Made by a program: the position numbers and the translations under genes. The notes under the pieces were generated by a model that made no database searches, had not been told where the DNA came from, and saw only the letters and a list, made by a program, of their open reading frames with translations. 64,000 nucleotides of DNA. Origin: an uncultured delta proteobacterium. Its GTDB lineage: Bacteria; Myxococcota_A; Polyangia; Haliangiales; Haliangiaceae. Shown piece by piece: positions 18,909 to 29,067 of this stretch (position 1 is the stretch's first letter; each line of letters begins with the position of its first letter). The stretch is taken from assembly GCA_963848295.1 (NCBI GenBank), contig CAWKDB010000010.1:1696001-1760000 (forward strand), given 5' to 3'.

Positions 18909-20426
18909 ATGTCGACCTTTCGATTCACCACCCTCGCGACTCTCCTCTTTGCCGCCGCGCCTGCGTTCGCGCAGCCGAGCGACACGCCGCCTCCGACGCC
19001 CACGCCGCCGGAGACGACCGTGCCGCCGACGCCGCCGACCCCGCCGGCGCCACCGCCGACACCACCGACACCGCCGCCGCCCGAGAACGTCGCGCCGCCG
19101 GAACCGCCGGTGACGCCGCCGACCCCGCCCGCGGCACACCCGACCTACACCGTCGCGAGCAAGTGGGAGGCGTCGCTCTACGGGTTCGTCGAGTTCGACA
19201 TGATCAAGGACACCACGCAAGGCTTGATCGATCTCGCCGCCAACTCGGCGATCGCGCGGCCGAGCACCTACGCCGGCGATCACGGCCAGGTGATGATCGG
19301 TGCGCGCAACTCGCGCATCGGGTTCAAGCTCGGCGCCCCGACGTACGACGGCATCAAGGCCACCGCGCAGCTCGAGATGGACTTCCTCGGGAACCAGCCA
19401 GGCAAGCCATTCGATGCGAGCGGTCTCGTTTCGGAATCGGCGTTCTGGCAGAACCCCGGGTTTCGCATCCGCCACATGAACGTGAAGCTCGAGATGCCGA
19501 TGGACACCTACTTGCTCGCCGGTCAGTACTGGCAGTTATTCGGTTGGCAGTCGGCATTCCACCCGAGCTCGGTCGCGATTCAGGGTCTGCCCGGCCAGGT
19601 CTACTCGCGCGCTCCGCAGCTCCGCGCCGGCAAGATCTTCAAGTCCGATGCGGTCAACGTCGATGTCGCGGTCGCCGCGCTGCGCCCACCCGACCGCGCG
19701 TCGAGCACGCCGGATGGCCAGGCCGGCGTCAAGCTGAGCATCAACCACTGGAAGGCTTGGCACACCGGCGGCTCGGCGGGCAGCGGGCTCGACGCCGCCG
19801 CGATCGGCGTGTCGGTCGACGGCCGGCGGTTCGCGGCCGATACGTTCTCGTCCGCGCCGAACAAGCAGGTCACGCGCAACGGCTACGGTATCTCGCTCGA
19901 TGCGCTGATCCCGGTCGTGGCCGCGACGAAAGAGAGCAAGGCCAACGCGCTGACCCTGACCGCGAGCTTCGTCACCGGCGCCGGCATCGCGGATCAGTAC
20001 ACGAGCCTCAACGGCGGCGTATCGAACCCGGCGTTGCCGAACCCGACGATGGCTACCCCCGCTCCGACCTACACGCCGAACATCGACTCGGGACTCGCGA
20101 TGTTCTACGCGAACGGCGATGGCACGTACTCCCTGCACCCGATCCAGTGGACCTCGGAGATCGTCGGCCTGCAGTACTACTTGCCGCCTTCTGGCCGGCT
20201 GTTCCTCAGCGTCAACTACTCGCACCTGTCGTCGGGCAACGTCGACGATTTCGGACCGCATAACAAGACGTTCAACGCGTCCCAGTTCGCAGATCTCAAC
20301 GTGTTCTTCGACCTGACGCCGGCGGTCCGGTTCGGGCTGGAAGGCTCTTACCTCGACCAGACTTACACCGACGGGACCGATGCCCCGGACTACCGGGCGC
20401 AATTCTCCGCGTTCTTCATCTTCTGA
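18909..20426 (+). CDS. Outer-membrane beta-barrel porin (DcaP-like), probably Pho-regulated
   Basis: Signal peptide (AFA-Q), Pro-rich linker, LYGFVEFD, SRIGF, LEMDF, RIRH, LLAGQYW, C-terminal Phe. Lies directly upstream of phoB. Confidence 0.75.
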   Translation: MSTFRFTTLATLLFAAAPAFAQPSDTPPPTPTPPETTVPPTPPTPPAPPPTPPTPPPPENVAPPEPPVTPPTPPAAHPTYTVASKWEASLYGFVEFDMIKDTTQGLIDLAANSAIARPSTYAGDHGQVMIGARNSRIGFKLGAPTYDGIKATAQLEMDFLGNQPGKPFDASGLVSESAFWQNPGFRIRHMNVKLEMPMDTYLLAGQYWQLFGWQSAFHPSSVAIQGLPGQVYSRAPQLRAGKIFKSDAVNVDVAVAALRPPDRASSTPDGQAGVKLSINHWKAWHTGGSAGSGLDAAAIGVSVDGRRFAADTFSSAPNKQVTRNGYGISLDALIPVVAATKESKANALTLTASFVTGAGIADQYTSLNGGVSNPALPNPTMATPAPTYTPNIDSGLAMFYANGDGTYSLHPIQWTSEIVGLQYYLPPSGRLFLSVNYSHLSSGNVDDFGPHNKTFNASQFADLNVFFDLTPAVRFGLEGSYLDQTYTDGTDAPDYRAQFSAFFIF

Positions 20427-20452
20427 CCACCGAGCCGTCACACCAACGTCAC
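20424..20452 (+). promoter_or_regulatory. Putative PHO box
   Basis: 11-bp-period repeats TGACCAC / CCGTCAC / ACGTCAC upstream of phoB. Confidence 0.65.
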
Positions 20453-20475
20453 CGACGGCATGCTAAGGGTTGGCC

Positions 20476-21174
20476 ATGCTCGTACTGGTAATCGAGGACG
20501 AGACCGACCTGGCCACGACGATCGAGTACAACCTCCGATCGGAAGGCTTCCAAGTCCGGCTCGCGCATAGCGGGCGCCAGGGCCTGGCGAGTGCAACGTC
20601 GGATCCATTGCCCGATGTGATCGTGCTGGATCTGATGTTGCCCGACCTGTCCGGCACCGAGCTGTGCCGGCGGTTGCGCGAGCAAGAGCGCACGCGCGAC
20701 ATCCCGGTCGTGATGTGCACCGCGAAAGGCGAAGAGATCGATCGCGTCGTCGGCTTCGAAGTCGGAGCCGACGATTACATCGTCAAGCCATTCTCGGTGC
20801 GCGAGCTGATCCTGCGGATTCGCGCGCTGCTCCGCCGCGTTCATCGCGTCGAAGGCGAGCCGTCGTTGATCCGGTTCGGCCGGCTCAAGATCGATCGCGA
20901 CGCGCACCGCGCGTGGGTCGACGAAGCCGAGATCGGGCTGACCGCGCTCGAGTTCCGGTTGCTCCACGCGTTCCTGTCGCGGCGCGGCCGAGTCCAGACC
21001 CGGGATGCGCTGCTGTCCGACGTCTGGGGCATCGATGCCGATGTCACGACTCGCACGGTCGACACCCACGTCAAGCGGCTGCGCGAGAAGCTCGGCGACG
21101 CCGGAGACTACATCGAGACGCTGCGCGGCGTCGGTTACCGGTTCAAGGACCAGCCCGACGAGGCGACCGCGTGA
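20476..21174 (+). CDS. phoB: Phosphate regulon response regulator (OmpR family)
   Basis: REC domain plus winged helix (RTVDTHVKRLREKL, ETLRGVGY). Clustered with phoR, phoU and pst. Confidence 0.88.
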   Translation: MLVLVIEDETDLATTIEYNLRSEGFQVRLAHSGRQGLASATSDPLPDVIVLDLMLPDLSGTELCRRLREQERTRDIPVVMCTAKGEEIDRVVGFEVGADDYIVKPFSVRELILRIRALLRRVHRVEGEPSLIRFGRLKIDRDAHRAWVDEAEIGLTALEFRLLHAFLSRRGRVQTRDALLSDVWGIDADVTTRTVDTHVKRLREKLGDAGDYIETLRGVGYRFKDQPDEATA

Positions 21175-22415
21175 TCGTCCTCGCGATCGGCTTGGCGCTC
21201 GCGCTCGTGGGCGCGATCGTCGCGATCGCGGTGCAACGGCGAGCGCTGCAACGATTCTCGGACGCGACGCGCGATGCGGTGCGGGATCCGAGCAAGCGCG
21301 TACCGACTGCGTCGACCGCCGGCCCTCTGCGCTCGCTCGGCGAATGGATCAATGCGCTCGCGGAAGATGCCGAGCGCAGCCGCAACGCGCTCGCGCACGA
21401 GCGGACGCTGCTCGCCTCGCTCGCCGACGGCTTGACCCAGGGCGTGATCGCGCTCGACGGCGATCAGCGGATCGAGATGCTCAACGAAGCCGCGCGCCGG
21501 ATGCTCGGCGTCACGAGCTCGCTCGTCGGCGAGCCGTTGCTCGAGTTCGTGCGCGTGCCCGAGCTGCGCACGCTGATCGAGCACCCTGCCGATTCGAGCG
21601 CCGAGGTCCAGCTGCCGAACGGACCGCGCACGCTCGTCCGCGCCGCGCGCACCTGGGGCCGCGCCGGTCGCGTCTTGCTGCTCGAAGACGTCACGACCAT
21701 GCGCCGGCTCGAGACCGTGCGGCGCGACTTCGTGGCGAACGTCTCGCACGAGCTGCGCACGCCGGTCGCGGTGATTCGCGCGAATGCCGAGACGCTGCTC
21801 GCCGGAGCGAAGGACGATCCGGTGATCGCGAACAAGCTGATCGACGGCTTGCATCGCAACGCCGAGCGGCTCGCCCGCATCCTCGCGGACCTGCTCGATC
21901 TGTCGCGGCTCGACGCCGGCCAGTATCGCCTCGAGGTCGGGACCGTGCCGGTGCTGGTCGTGACCGAGCAGTCGCTGACCGCGGTCGAGCCGCAAGCCCA
22001 GAAGCGGGGCGTCACCGTCGAGGTCGCGATCCCGGAGCAGCTGGTGGTCCGCGCCGACCCGAAGGCGCTCGACCAGATCCTCGTCAACCTGATCGACAAC
22101 GGCGTGAAGTACACGCGCGCCGAAGGCCACGTCTGGGTCGAAGCCCGCGCCGTCGGCGACTCGGTGCGGATCGAAGTCCGCGACGACGGCCCCGGCATCG
22201 CCGACAAGCATCGAGAGCGGGTGTTCGAGCGGTTCTATCGCGCCGACCCTTCGCGATCGCGCGAAGCCGGTGGCACCGGCCTCGGCTTGTCGATCGTCAA
22301 GCACCTCGTCGAGAGCATGGGCGGCGAAGTCGGCGTCGAAGCCAACGCGCCGCGCGGTAGCATCTTCTGGCTCCGTCTCCCGAAGGCCTCACCTCAAACC
22401 CTCATGGCATCATGA
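21171..22415 (+). CDS. phoR: Phosphate regulon sensor histidine kinase
   Basis: TM, PAS, RRDFVANVSHELRTP, NLIDNGVKY, DDGPGI, FERFYR, GGTGLGLSIVKH. Confidence 0.9.
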   Translation: MIVLAIGLALALVGAIVAIAVQRRALQRFSDATRDAVRDPSKRVPTASTAGPLRSLGEWINALAEDAERSRNALAHERTLLASLADGLTQGVIALDGDQRIEMLNEAARRMLGVTSSLVGEPLLEFVRVPELRTLIEHPADSSAEVQLPNGPRTLVRAARTWGRAGRVLLLEDVTTMRRLETVRRDFVANVSHELRTPVAVIRANAETLLAGAKDDPVIANKLIDGLHRNAERLARILADLLDLSRLDAGQYRLEVGTVPVLVVTEQSLTAVEPQAQKRGVTVEVAIPEQLVVRADPKALDQILVNLIDNGVKYTRAEGHVWVEARAVGDSVRIEVRDDGPGIADKHRERVFERFYRADPSRSREAGGTGLGLSIVKHLVESMGGEVGVEANAPRGSIFWLRLPKASPQTLMAS

Positions 22416-23101
22416 TGACCACGCACACGAGCAAGGATTTCGAGCAAGAGCTGCGCACGTTGCGCGAGCGGCTCGCGGGCATGGGCGGCAAGTGCGAGCA
22501 TCAGATCGTCGCCGCGATGGAAGCGTTGACCGAGCGCAACGACGATCTCGCGAAGAAGGTCGTCGACGGCGATATGGCGATCGACCGCGACGAAAACGAG
22601 ATCGACGAGCTCGCGCTACAGATCCTGGCGACGCGCCAACCCGTCGCGAGCGACCTCCGGTTCATCACGATGGCGCTCAAGTTCGTCACCGACCTCGAGC
22701 GGATCGGTGATCTCGCGGCCGGCATCGCGAAGCGCGCGCTCGAGCTCAATCGTTTGCCGGTGCTGACCCCACACGGCGATCTGACCTCGCTCGCCAGCCT
22801 CGTCCAGAAGAACCTGCGCGCCGCGCTCGACAGCTTCGTCGCCCGCGACGCCGACCGCGCCACCGCGGTGATGACCGCCGACCTCGAAGTCGACCGGCTC
22901 AACGCGAGCCTGTTCGCCGAGCTCCTCGCGCACGTCGCGACTGATCCGGCGTCGGTCACGCGCGTGCTGCCGTTGACCTCGGTGTGCCGCTACCTCGAGC
23001 GCATCGGCGACCACGTCAAGAACATCTGCGAAGAGGTCGTCTACATGGTGCGCGCCCAAGACGTGCGCCATCGGCCGCCGCAGATTCCGTCGGCGAACTG
23101 A
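22412..23101 (+). CDS. phoU: Phosphate signalling complex protein PhoU
   Basis: QPVASDLR, DLERIGD, YLERIGDHVKNICEEVVY. Confidence 0.95.
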   Translation: MMTTHTSKDFEQELRTLRERLAGMGGKCEHQIVAAMEALTERNDDLAKKVVDGDMAIDRDENEIDELALQILATRQPVASDLRFITMALKFVTDLERIGDLAAGIAKRALELNRLPVLTPHGDLTSLASLVQKNLRAALDSFVARDADRATAVMTADLEVDRLNASLFAELLAHVATDPASVTRVLPLTSVCRYLERIGDHVKNICEEVVYMVRAQDVRHRPPQIPSAN

Positions 23102-23114
23102 CGCGGTTCGAGCG

Positions 23115-23435
23115 CTACGGCTTCGGCGGCGCCAGGATCGCGAGCCGCGCGTCGCACCACGCGCTCCAGTCGTTCGAGATCGACTCCTGCTTCGCCCGGT
23201 CGGAGCAGACCTGGTACTTGTCGCTCGCCGACTTGAACAGTGGCTCGGCCTGTTCGGTCAACGCGTCGCAGTACGCCTTGGAGGTGTCGGCCGGATCGGA
23301 CTTGTCCGGTCTCGCGGCGAGCTTGACCGCGAACGGCGCCGCATCGGCACTACAGTGCGTCGGCTTCGCATCGGCGTGCGCGACAGCGACGAGAGGACCG
23401 AGGACGAGGACGAGGACAGCGATTAGAGCTTCCAT
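23115..23435 (-). CDS. Small secreted Cys/Trp protein; paralogue of the C-terminus of 24167-24847
   Basis: Signal peptide (AHA-DA). YCDALTEQAEPL...C...NDWSAWCDARL..LAP. Confidence 0.65.
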   Translation of the reverse strand: MEALIAVLVLVLGPLVAVAHADAKPTHCSADAAPFAVKLAARPDKSDPADTSKAYCDALTEQAEPLFKSASDKYQVCSDRAKQESISNDWSAWCDARLAILAPPKP

Positions 23436-23481
23436 GGGGCTATGGACACTCATCGCACGACCGCGTTGCTACCATCGCGCG

Positions 23482-23672
23482 ATGCGATGGCTGATCTCGT
23501 GCACGTTGGTCGGTTGTGGCACCTCGGCGGACAGCCCCCCGGGAAGGGCAGCGACGACCCCAAGCCGGCGCCCGATTCCGCGAGACGCGGTGCAGGGGAC
23601 CAGGCTCGCCGCGACGCTGATGGACAAGAAAGCGGCGATCCGCCTGGGCTCAGCGCGCACCCGAAGCGGTGA
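23482..23672 (+). pseudogene. Possible degraded lipoprotein gene
   Basis: TACCAT 6 nt before ATG, then MRWLISCTLVGC lipobox. Plausible coding sequence appears to switch frame at the C6G3 run near 23535-23543. Confidence 0.3.
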
Positions 23673-23673
23673 G

Positions 23674-24153
23674 CTACGAGCAGCCCTTCGCGAGCGGATT
23701 CTGAACGCACTCGGGGCTGATCTTCACGCCCTTCGCGCGCTCGGCTTGCTCGGCCCCACGCTTCGCCGCGGCGACCTCCGCTAGGGCCGCCGCGTGCTCC
23801 TTCTGGAGCTCGGCGAGCGCGGCCTTTGCGGTGGCGCGGTCGGCCTGCGTCGTCGCATTCACCACCATGTTGACAGCGGCATCGAGCTTCGCCTGCTGGT
23901 CCTCGAGCGCCTTCGCGAGCTTCTCGACCTTGTCTCCGGCCGCCTTGGCGTCGGCTCGCGCCTGATTCGTCGCGGCCACGGCGGCCTGCATCTTCTGCTC
24001 GGCGTCGGCCTGCTCGGCCCGCGCGCGGTCCACGACCGGGTCGATGCTCGGCTCCGGCGCGGTCGCGGATCCTTGCGGCGCGACCTCGTTGCCGCTGCCG
24101 TGACACGCCGCACCCGCAAGCAGACTCACGAACCCTAGGACGATCGATCGCAT
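23674..24153 (-). CDS. Coiled-coil lipoprotein
   Basis: Lipobox GAAC, Ala/Lys/Gln-rich heptads, C-terminal ECVQNPLAKGC. Confidence 0.75.
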   Translation of the reverse strand: MRSIVLGFVSLLAGAACHGSGNEVAPQGSATAPEPSIDPVVDRARAEQADAEQKMQAAVAATNQARADAKAAGDKVEKLAKALEDQQAKLDAAVNMVVNATTQADRATAKAALAELQKEHAAALAEVAAAKRGAEQAERAKGVKISPECVQNPLAKGCS

Positions 24154-24166
24154 ACCCTACCGTACG

Positions 24167-24847
24167 CTATTTCGCCGGCGGTTCGCTCGTGATCACCGGC
24201 GCAGCACGCGCCGGGCCGAGCAACTCGTCTCGCGCCGGGTATTTCTCGGGCGCGAGCTGTTCTAGCCGGAGCTCGCACCAAACGGACCATTCGTTCGCGA
24301 CCATCGTGTTCGTCGCTTGCTGGAGACATTGGACGTAGGAAGCCACCGCGCGCTCCTCCAGTGGCTCCGCCGCGGTGATCAGCTCTTCGCAAAACTCAGA
24401 CACGCGCGCATCCGCGTCCGGCGCGGCGAGGAGCTGAGCCGGGATCGGCTCGACAAGCAGCGATTCGGCGAAGTCCTCGACCATCTGCCCCATGCGCGCG
24501 TACGCCTCGAGCGCGCGGTCCGGCGAGACCAGCGCAGCCGCCGCCAGGTACTTCGCCGTCAACGCCTCCCCGCTCTCGTTCTTGCGCTGTGCCCACGACG
24601 TAAGCCACGCCACGCTGCGCCGGCGCATCGCAGGGTCGTTCGAATCGAAGTCGAGCCCTTTCGGGATCGCGAGCCGGAAGTAAGCAAGCAACTCGAGGTC
24701 GAGCGCGGCGATCGGGTCGCCCTTCGGTGCCGGGACCTGACGGGTCACCCGGGTCAGTCGCCGCGTCGACTCGGGCCCACAACGGGTTGGCGAAGGGCTC
24801 GCACGCGCGGTCGTGGCCAACACGACGAGCAACGCCAGAGATCTCAT
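24167..24847 (-). CDS. Secreted helical protein with Cys/Trp C-terminal domain
   Basis: Signal peptide (ARA-SP). FCEELITAAEPLEERA...C...NEWSVWCELRLEQLAPEKYP. Confidence 0.65.
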   Translation of the reverse strand: MRSLALLVVLATTARASPSPTRCGPESTRRLTRVTRQVPAPKGDPIAALDLELLAYFRLAIPKGLDFDSNDPAMRRRSVAWLTSWAQRKNESGEALTAKYLAAAALVSPDRALEAYARMGQMVEDFAESLLVEPIPAQLLAAPDADARVSEFCEELITAAEPLEERAVASYVQCLQQATNTMVANEWSVWCELRLEQLAPEKYPARDELLGPARAAPVITSEPPAK

Positions 24848-24906
24848 GCCAACACGACACGATCGGGGGTCGAGTGGTTGCGGGAGCTGACGGATCCCCG
24901 CGGGCG

Positions 24907-24962
24907 TCGTCACCGTCCCGACACATTCGGGCCGCCGAGGTGCCACCGTCGGTGACTAGGTT
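24907..24962 (+). promoter_or_regulatory. Putative PHO boxes plus -10 element of pstS
   Basis: 11-bp-period TCGTCAC / CCGACAC / GGGCCGC / GTGCCAC, then TAGGTT 10 nt downstream and 6 nt before the ATG. Confidence 0.55.
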
Positions 24963-24968
24963 CGGGCC

Positions 24969-26066
24969 ATGAAGACCTCGATCCATCTCCTGATCAGCGC
25001 GTTCGCGATCGCGGCGCTGTCGACCTCGTGCAAGAAGAAGGCGGAAGACGGCGGCGGCAACGCCAAGACCGTCGAGAACACCGGAGGCATGAAGGGCGGC
25101 GACAAGCCGGCCGGCGGCTCGGTGACGCTCAACGGCAGTGGGTCGACGTTCCAGAAGCCATTCGACGAGGTGTGCATCGAAGCGTTCACGAAGGCGAACC
25201 CCGGGACGCAGATCAACTACGCGGGCGGCGGCTCCGGCAAGGGCCGCAAGGACCTCGGCGACATGGTCGTCGACTTCGCCGGCACGGACTCGCCGTTCAA
25301 GGACGAAGAGGCGAAGAGCGCCAAGGGCGGCGACCTGCTGCACTTCCCCATCCTGCTCGGAGCGGTGACGATCAGCTACAACCTCGACGGCGTCGACAAG
25401 CTCCAGCTGTCGGGTGAGACCGCGGCCAAGATCTTCCAGCGCGACATCAAGAAGTGGAACGACCCGGCGATCGCCGCCGACAACCCGGGCGTCAAGCTCC
25501 CCGCCACCGACATCGTCGTCGCGCACCGCGGCGATGGCTCGGGCACGACCGACATCTTCACGAAGTTCCTCGACGGAGGCTCGAACGGCACGTGGAAGCT
25601 CAAGAGCGGCTCGACGGTCGAGTGGCCGACCGACACGCAAGCCGGCCAGGGCAACGGCGGCGTCGCGCAGATCATCAAGACCACCGGCGGCGCGGTCGGT
25701 TACGTCGACCTCTCGGATGCCAAGCAGACCGGCCTGCACTACGCCGCGATCAAGAACAGCGCCGGCAAGTTCATCGAACCGGACGCGGCGTCGGTCTCGG
25801 CCGCGGGCGAAGGCATCGATGTCAAGGACAACTTGACGTTCAGCGCGGTCAACGCGAAGGGCGATGCGGCCTACCCGATCACAGGCCAGACCTGGATGGT
25901 CGTCTACGCGAAGCAGACCGACAAGGCCAAGGGCGACGCGGTCAAGAGCTTCCTCAAGTTCGTGCTCACCGATGGTCAGAAGCTTGCGGCCGGCGTCGAC
26001 TATGCGCCGCTTCCCAAGTCGCTTGCTGACAAGGCGATCGCGCAACTGGACAAGATCAAGACCTGA
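24969..26066 (+). CDS. pstS: Phosphate ABC transporter substrate-binding lipoprotein
   Basis: Lipobox STSC, GSGSTF, GSGKG, DFAGTD, HRGDGSGTT, AYPI. Confidence 0.95.
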   Translation: MKTSIHLLISAFAIAALSTSCKKKAEDGGGNAKTVENTGGMKGGDKPAGGSVTLNGSGSTFQKPFDEVCIEAFTKANPGTQINYAGGGSGKGRKDLGDMVVDFAGTDSPFKDEEAKSAKGGDLLHFPILLGAVTISYNLDGVDKLQLSGETAAKIFQRDIKKWNDPAIAADNPGVKLPATDIVVAHRGDGSGTTDIFTKFLDGGSNGTWKLKSGSTVEWPTDTQAGQGNGGVAQIIKTTGGAVGYVDLSDAKQTGLHYAAIKNSAGKFIEPDAASVSAAGEGIDVKDNLTFSAVNAKGDAAYPITGQTWMVVYAKQTDKAKGDAVKSFLKFVLTDGQKLAAGVDYAPLPKSLADKAIAQLDKIKT

Positions 26067-26074
26067 GCAGACCC

Positions 26075-27022
26075 GTGGCCGGCATCGACCTACGCAGCAA
26101 AGGCGACCGCGCGGACCGAACGTTCCGCTGGCTCGCGATCGGCGCGGCCGCGCTCGTGTTGCTCGTGCTCGGGTTGATCGCACTGACGATGTCGACGCAG
26201 TCGGGACCGGTGCTCGACAAGATGGGCTTGAAGTTCTTCACCTCGAGTCGCTGGGCCGCGAACGACACCGATCCGAGCCAGGCGCTCTACGGCGCGCTGC
26301 CGTTCATCTGGGGCACGCTGTACACCGCGACGGTCGCGGTCATCCTCGCGGTGCCGGTCAGCCTCGGGATCGCGCTGTTCATCACGCAGGTCGCGCCGGC
26401 GAAGCTGCGCCGCCCGCTGGTCTATTTCGTCGATCTGCTCGCGGTCGTGCCGTCGGTCGTCTACGGGCTGTGGGGCGTGCTCGTGCTCGCGCCGAAGATC
26501 AAGCACGTCTACGACTCGATCCACAATGCCGTCGACGGCATCCCGGTGCTGCAATCGATCTTCGGTTCGGCCTCGGCCGGCAAGTCGTTCATGACCGCGG
26601 GCGTGATCCTCGCGATCATGATCATCCCGATCATCACATCGCTCGCGCGCGAGGTGATCGAGACGACGCCGCCGGGCGAGAAAGAAGCCGCGCTCGCGCT
26701 CGGAGCGACACGATGGGAGATGATCAGGATGTCGGTGCTGCCGCACAGCCGCGCCGGGTTGGTCGGCGCCGTGATGCTCGGCCTCGGCCGCGCGATGGGT
26801 GAGACGATCGCGGCGACGCTCGTGATCGGCGGTTCGGCCTCGATCACGACGAACCTGTTTGGCTCGGGCAACTCCATGCCCGCGGTCATCGCGAGCGAGT
26901 GGGGCGAAGCCGGCGATCTCCACAAGTCGGCGCTGATCGCGCTCGCGATGACGCTGTTCCTGATCACGATCGCGGTGAACCTGATCGCGACGCGCATCGT
27001 CGGCGCGAAGAGGCTCGCATGA
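26075..27022 (+). CDS. pstC: Phosphate ABC transporter permease PstC
   Basis: [39 protein letters not shown]. Confidence 0.95.
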   Translation: MAGIDLRSKGDRADRTFRWLAIGAAALVLLVLGLIALTMSTQSGPVLDKMGLKFFTSSRWAANDTDPSQALYGALPFIWGTLYTATVAVILAVPVSLGIALFITQVAPAKLRRPLVYFVDLLAVVPSVVYGLWGVLVLAPKIKHVYDSIHNAVDGIPVLQSIFGSASAGKSFMTAGVILAIMIIPIITSLAREVIETTPPGEKEAALALGATRWEMIRMSVLPHSRAGLVGAVMLGLGRAMGETIAATLVIGGSASITTNLFGSGNSMPAVIASEWGEAGDLHKSALIALAMTLFLITIAVNLIATRIVGAKRLA

Positions 27023-28041
27023 TCGAGCCACCCGTCGCGATCGACCTGCGGGCGCGCCCGAGCTGGCGCCACGTCAAGAGCAACATTCTCGCCGGGTTGA
27101 TGCTCGGCGCCCTGTTGCTCGTCGCGTTCCCGCTGGTGTTCGTGCTCGCGTCGGTGATCGAGAAAGGTGCGGGCTCCGCGTTCAAGGACGCGCCGCTCAC
27201 ACCGATCCCGCTCGTCATCGGCTTGGGCATCCTGTTGTTCCGCGGCCTCAAGTCGAGGGTCGGGTTGGCGATCTCGGCGATCGGCCTCGTCATCGTGATC
27301 GTGTGCGTGGCGACCGACTCGACCGTGTTACCCGCGTTCTTCACCGCGACGATCCCGAAGGTCTCGTTCCGGCCAGGACCCGGGATGGGCCCCGCGATCG
27401 TCGGTACGTTACTCGTCACCGGCGGCGCGACCCTGATCGCGGTGCCGCTCGGCATCCTCGGCGCGGTCTATCTCAACGAGTATGGGGGCAACGCCGTGTT
27501 CGCGCGGCTCGTCCGGTTCATGGCGGTCGTGATGACCGGCGTACCTTCGGTCGTGATGGGCCTGTTCGTCTACATCACCTGGACGCTCAGCTTCGGCTAC
27601 TCCGCGTTCGGCGGCGCGCTCGCGCTCGCCTGTCTGATGTTGCCGGTCGTGATCGGCACGACCGAACAGATGCTCAAGCTCGTACCGAATCATCTCCGCG
27701 AAGCGTCGTACGCGCTCGGCGCCACCAAGGCACGCACGATCTTGACCGTCGTGTTACCGGCCGGTCTGCCCGGCATCGTGTCTGGCACGTTGCTCGCGAT
27801 CGCGCGTGCCGCGGGAGAGACCGCTCCGCTGCTGTTCACGGTCGGCGCGTCCACCGCCTACAACGTCCACTTCTTCGACGGCGCGAACAACGCGTTGCCG
27901 CCGCAGATCTTCGAGAACGCCAAGGCCGCAGCGGTCGCGCAAAACGATCGCGCGTGGGGCGCGGCGCTCACACTCATTCTCCTGACGTTCTTGATCACGC
28001 TGATCGCGCGCGTCGTCACCGCGCGGTTCGCGAAGAGGTAG
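27019..28041 (+). CDS. pstA: Phosphate ABC transporter permease PstA
   Basis: [37 protein letters not shown] coupling with pstC. Confidence 0.93.
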   Translation: MIEPPVAIDLRARPSWRHVKSNILAGLMLGALLLVAFPLVFVLASVIEKGAGSAFKDAPLTPIPLVIGLGILLFRGLKSRVGLAISAIGLVIVIVCVATDSTVLPAFFTATIPKVSFRPGPGMGPAIVGTLLVTGGATLIAVPLGILGAVYLNEYGGNAVFARLVRFMAVVMTGVPSVVMGLFVYITWTLSFGYSAFGGALALACLMLPVVIGTTEQMLKLVPNHLREASYALGATKARTILTVVLPAGLPGIVSGTLLAIARAAGETAPLLFTVGASTAYNVHFFDGANNALPPQIFENAKAAAVAQNDRAWGAALTLILLTFLITLIARVVTARFAKR

Positions 28042-28064
28042 CTCCGTTGCCCAGCGAGGATCCC

Positions 28065-28967
28065 ATGGTCGTAGAGCAAACCCAGACGAGCGAAGACAAG
28101 CCCCGCCCCGCGGTGGCTGGCGCACCTTCGAACCCGGTGCAGACGCCGGAGGTCCGCGCGAGCATGATCGAGATCCTCGACTCCGCGCCGGCGGTGTTCG
28201 ACGTCAGCGACCTCGAGGTGTTCTACGGCAGCTACCGCGCGGTGCACGGCGTGTCGATGAAGGTGCGCAAGAACCAGATCACCGCGTTCATCGGTCCGTC
28301 GGGCTGCGGCAAGACGACCGTGTTGCGCTGCTTCAACCGGATGAACGATCTGATCCAGGGCGCGCGCGTCGCCGGCAGCGTCAAGTATCACGGGACCGAT
28401 CTCTACGGCCCCGGGGTGTCTGCGACCGAAGTTCGCCGGCGTATCGGCATGGTGTTCCAGAAGCCGAACCCGTTTCCAAAAAGCATCTACGACAACATCG
28501 CGTTCGGCCCGCGGATCAACGGCGTCACCGATCGCTCGAAGCTAGACGAGATCGTCGAGAGGTCGCTGCGCGCCGCCGCCCTGTGGGACGAGGTCAAGGA
28601 TCGGCTCAAGAGCTCGGCGGTCGGCATGTCCGGCGGCCAGCAACAGCGGTTGTGCATCGCGCGCACGATCGCGGTCGAGCCCGAGGTCGTGCTGATGGAC
28701 GAGCCGTGCAGCGCGCTCGATCCGATCGCGACCGCGCGCGTCGAAGACCTGATGCGCGAGCTCAAGAGTCGGTTCACGATCGTGATCGTCACGCACAACA
28801 TGCAGCAAGCGGCGCGCGTCAGCGACCGCACCGCGTTCTTCACGGCCGAGGTGTCGAAGACCGAGCAGCGCTGCGGCGTGCTCGTCGAATACGATCACAC
28901 GTCGAAGATCTTCTCGAATCCGCGCGACGAACGGACCGAGAACTACATCACCGGCCGGTTCGGCTGA
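28065..28967 (+). CDS. pstB: Phosphate ABC transporter ATP-binding protein
   Basis: [48 protein letters not shown]. Confidence 0.97.
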   Translation: MVVEQTQTSEDKPRPAVAGAPSNPVQTPEVRASMIEILDSAPAVFDVSDLEVFYGSYRAVHGVSMKVRKNQITAFIGPSGCGKTTVLRCFNRMNDLIQGARVAGSVKYHGTDLYGPGVSATEVRRRIGMVFQKPNPFPKSIYDNIAFGPRINGVTDRSKLDEIVERSLRAAALWDEVKDRLKSSAVGMSGGQQQRLCIARTIAVEPEVVLMDEPCSALDPIATARVEDLMRELKSRFTIVIVTHNMQQAARVSDRTAFFTAEVSKTEQRCGVLVEYDHTSKIFSNPRDERTENYITGRFG

Positions 28968-28968
28968 G

Positions 28969-28993
28969 CACGGCGAAACGCCCCATCGCCGTG
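28969..28993 (+). terminator. Stem-loop immediately after pstB
   Basis: Perfect 8-bp stem CACGGCGA-N9-TCGCCGTG. No U-tract, so it may be a stabilising hairpin rather than a terminator. Confidence 0.35.
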
Positions 28994-29067
28994 AGAGAAA
29001 CCCGCAGGTTCGCCGCAACGACCTCGTAAGAGTTTGCCTGCGCGGCCGGCGATGAGATTATTCGAGC

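Noticed and set aside
18975..19135. Repetitive ccgccg/acgccg tract
   Set aside because: It encodes the Pro/Thr-rich linker of the porin and is not an independent repeat element.
24969..28967. Impression that pstSCAB resembles actinobacterial or cyanobacterial versions (possible horizontal transfer)
   Set aside because: This cannot be supported without a phylogeny, and the codon style matches the rest of the window.
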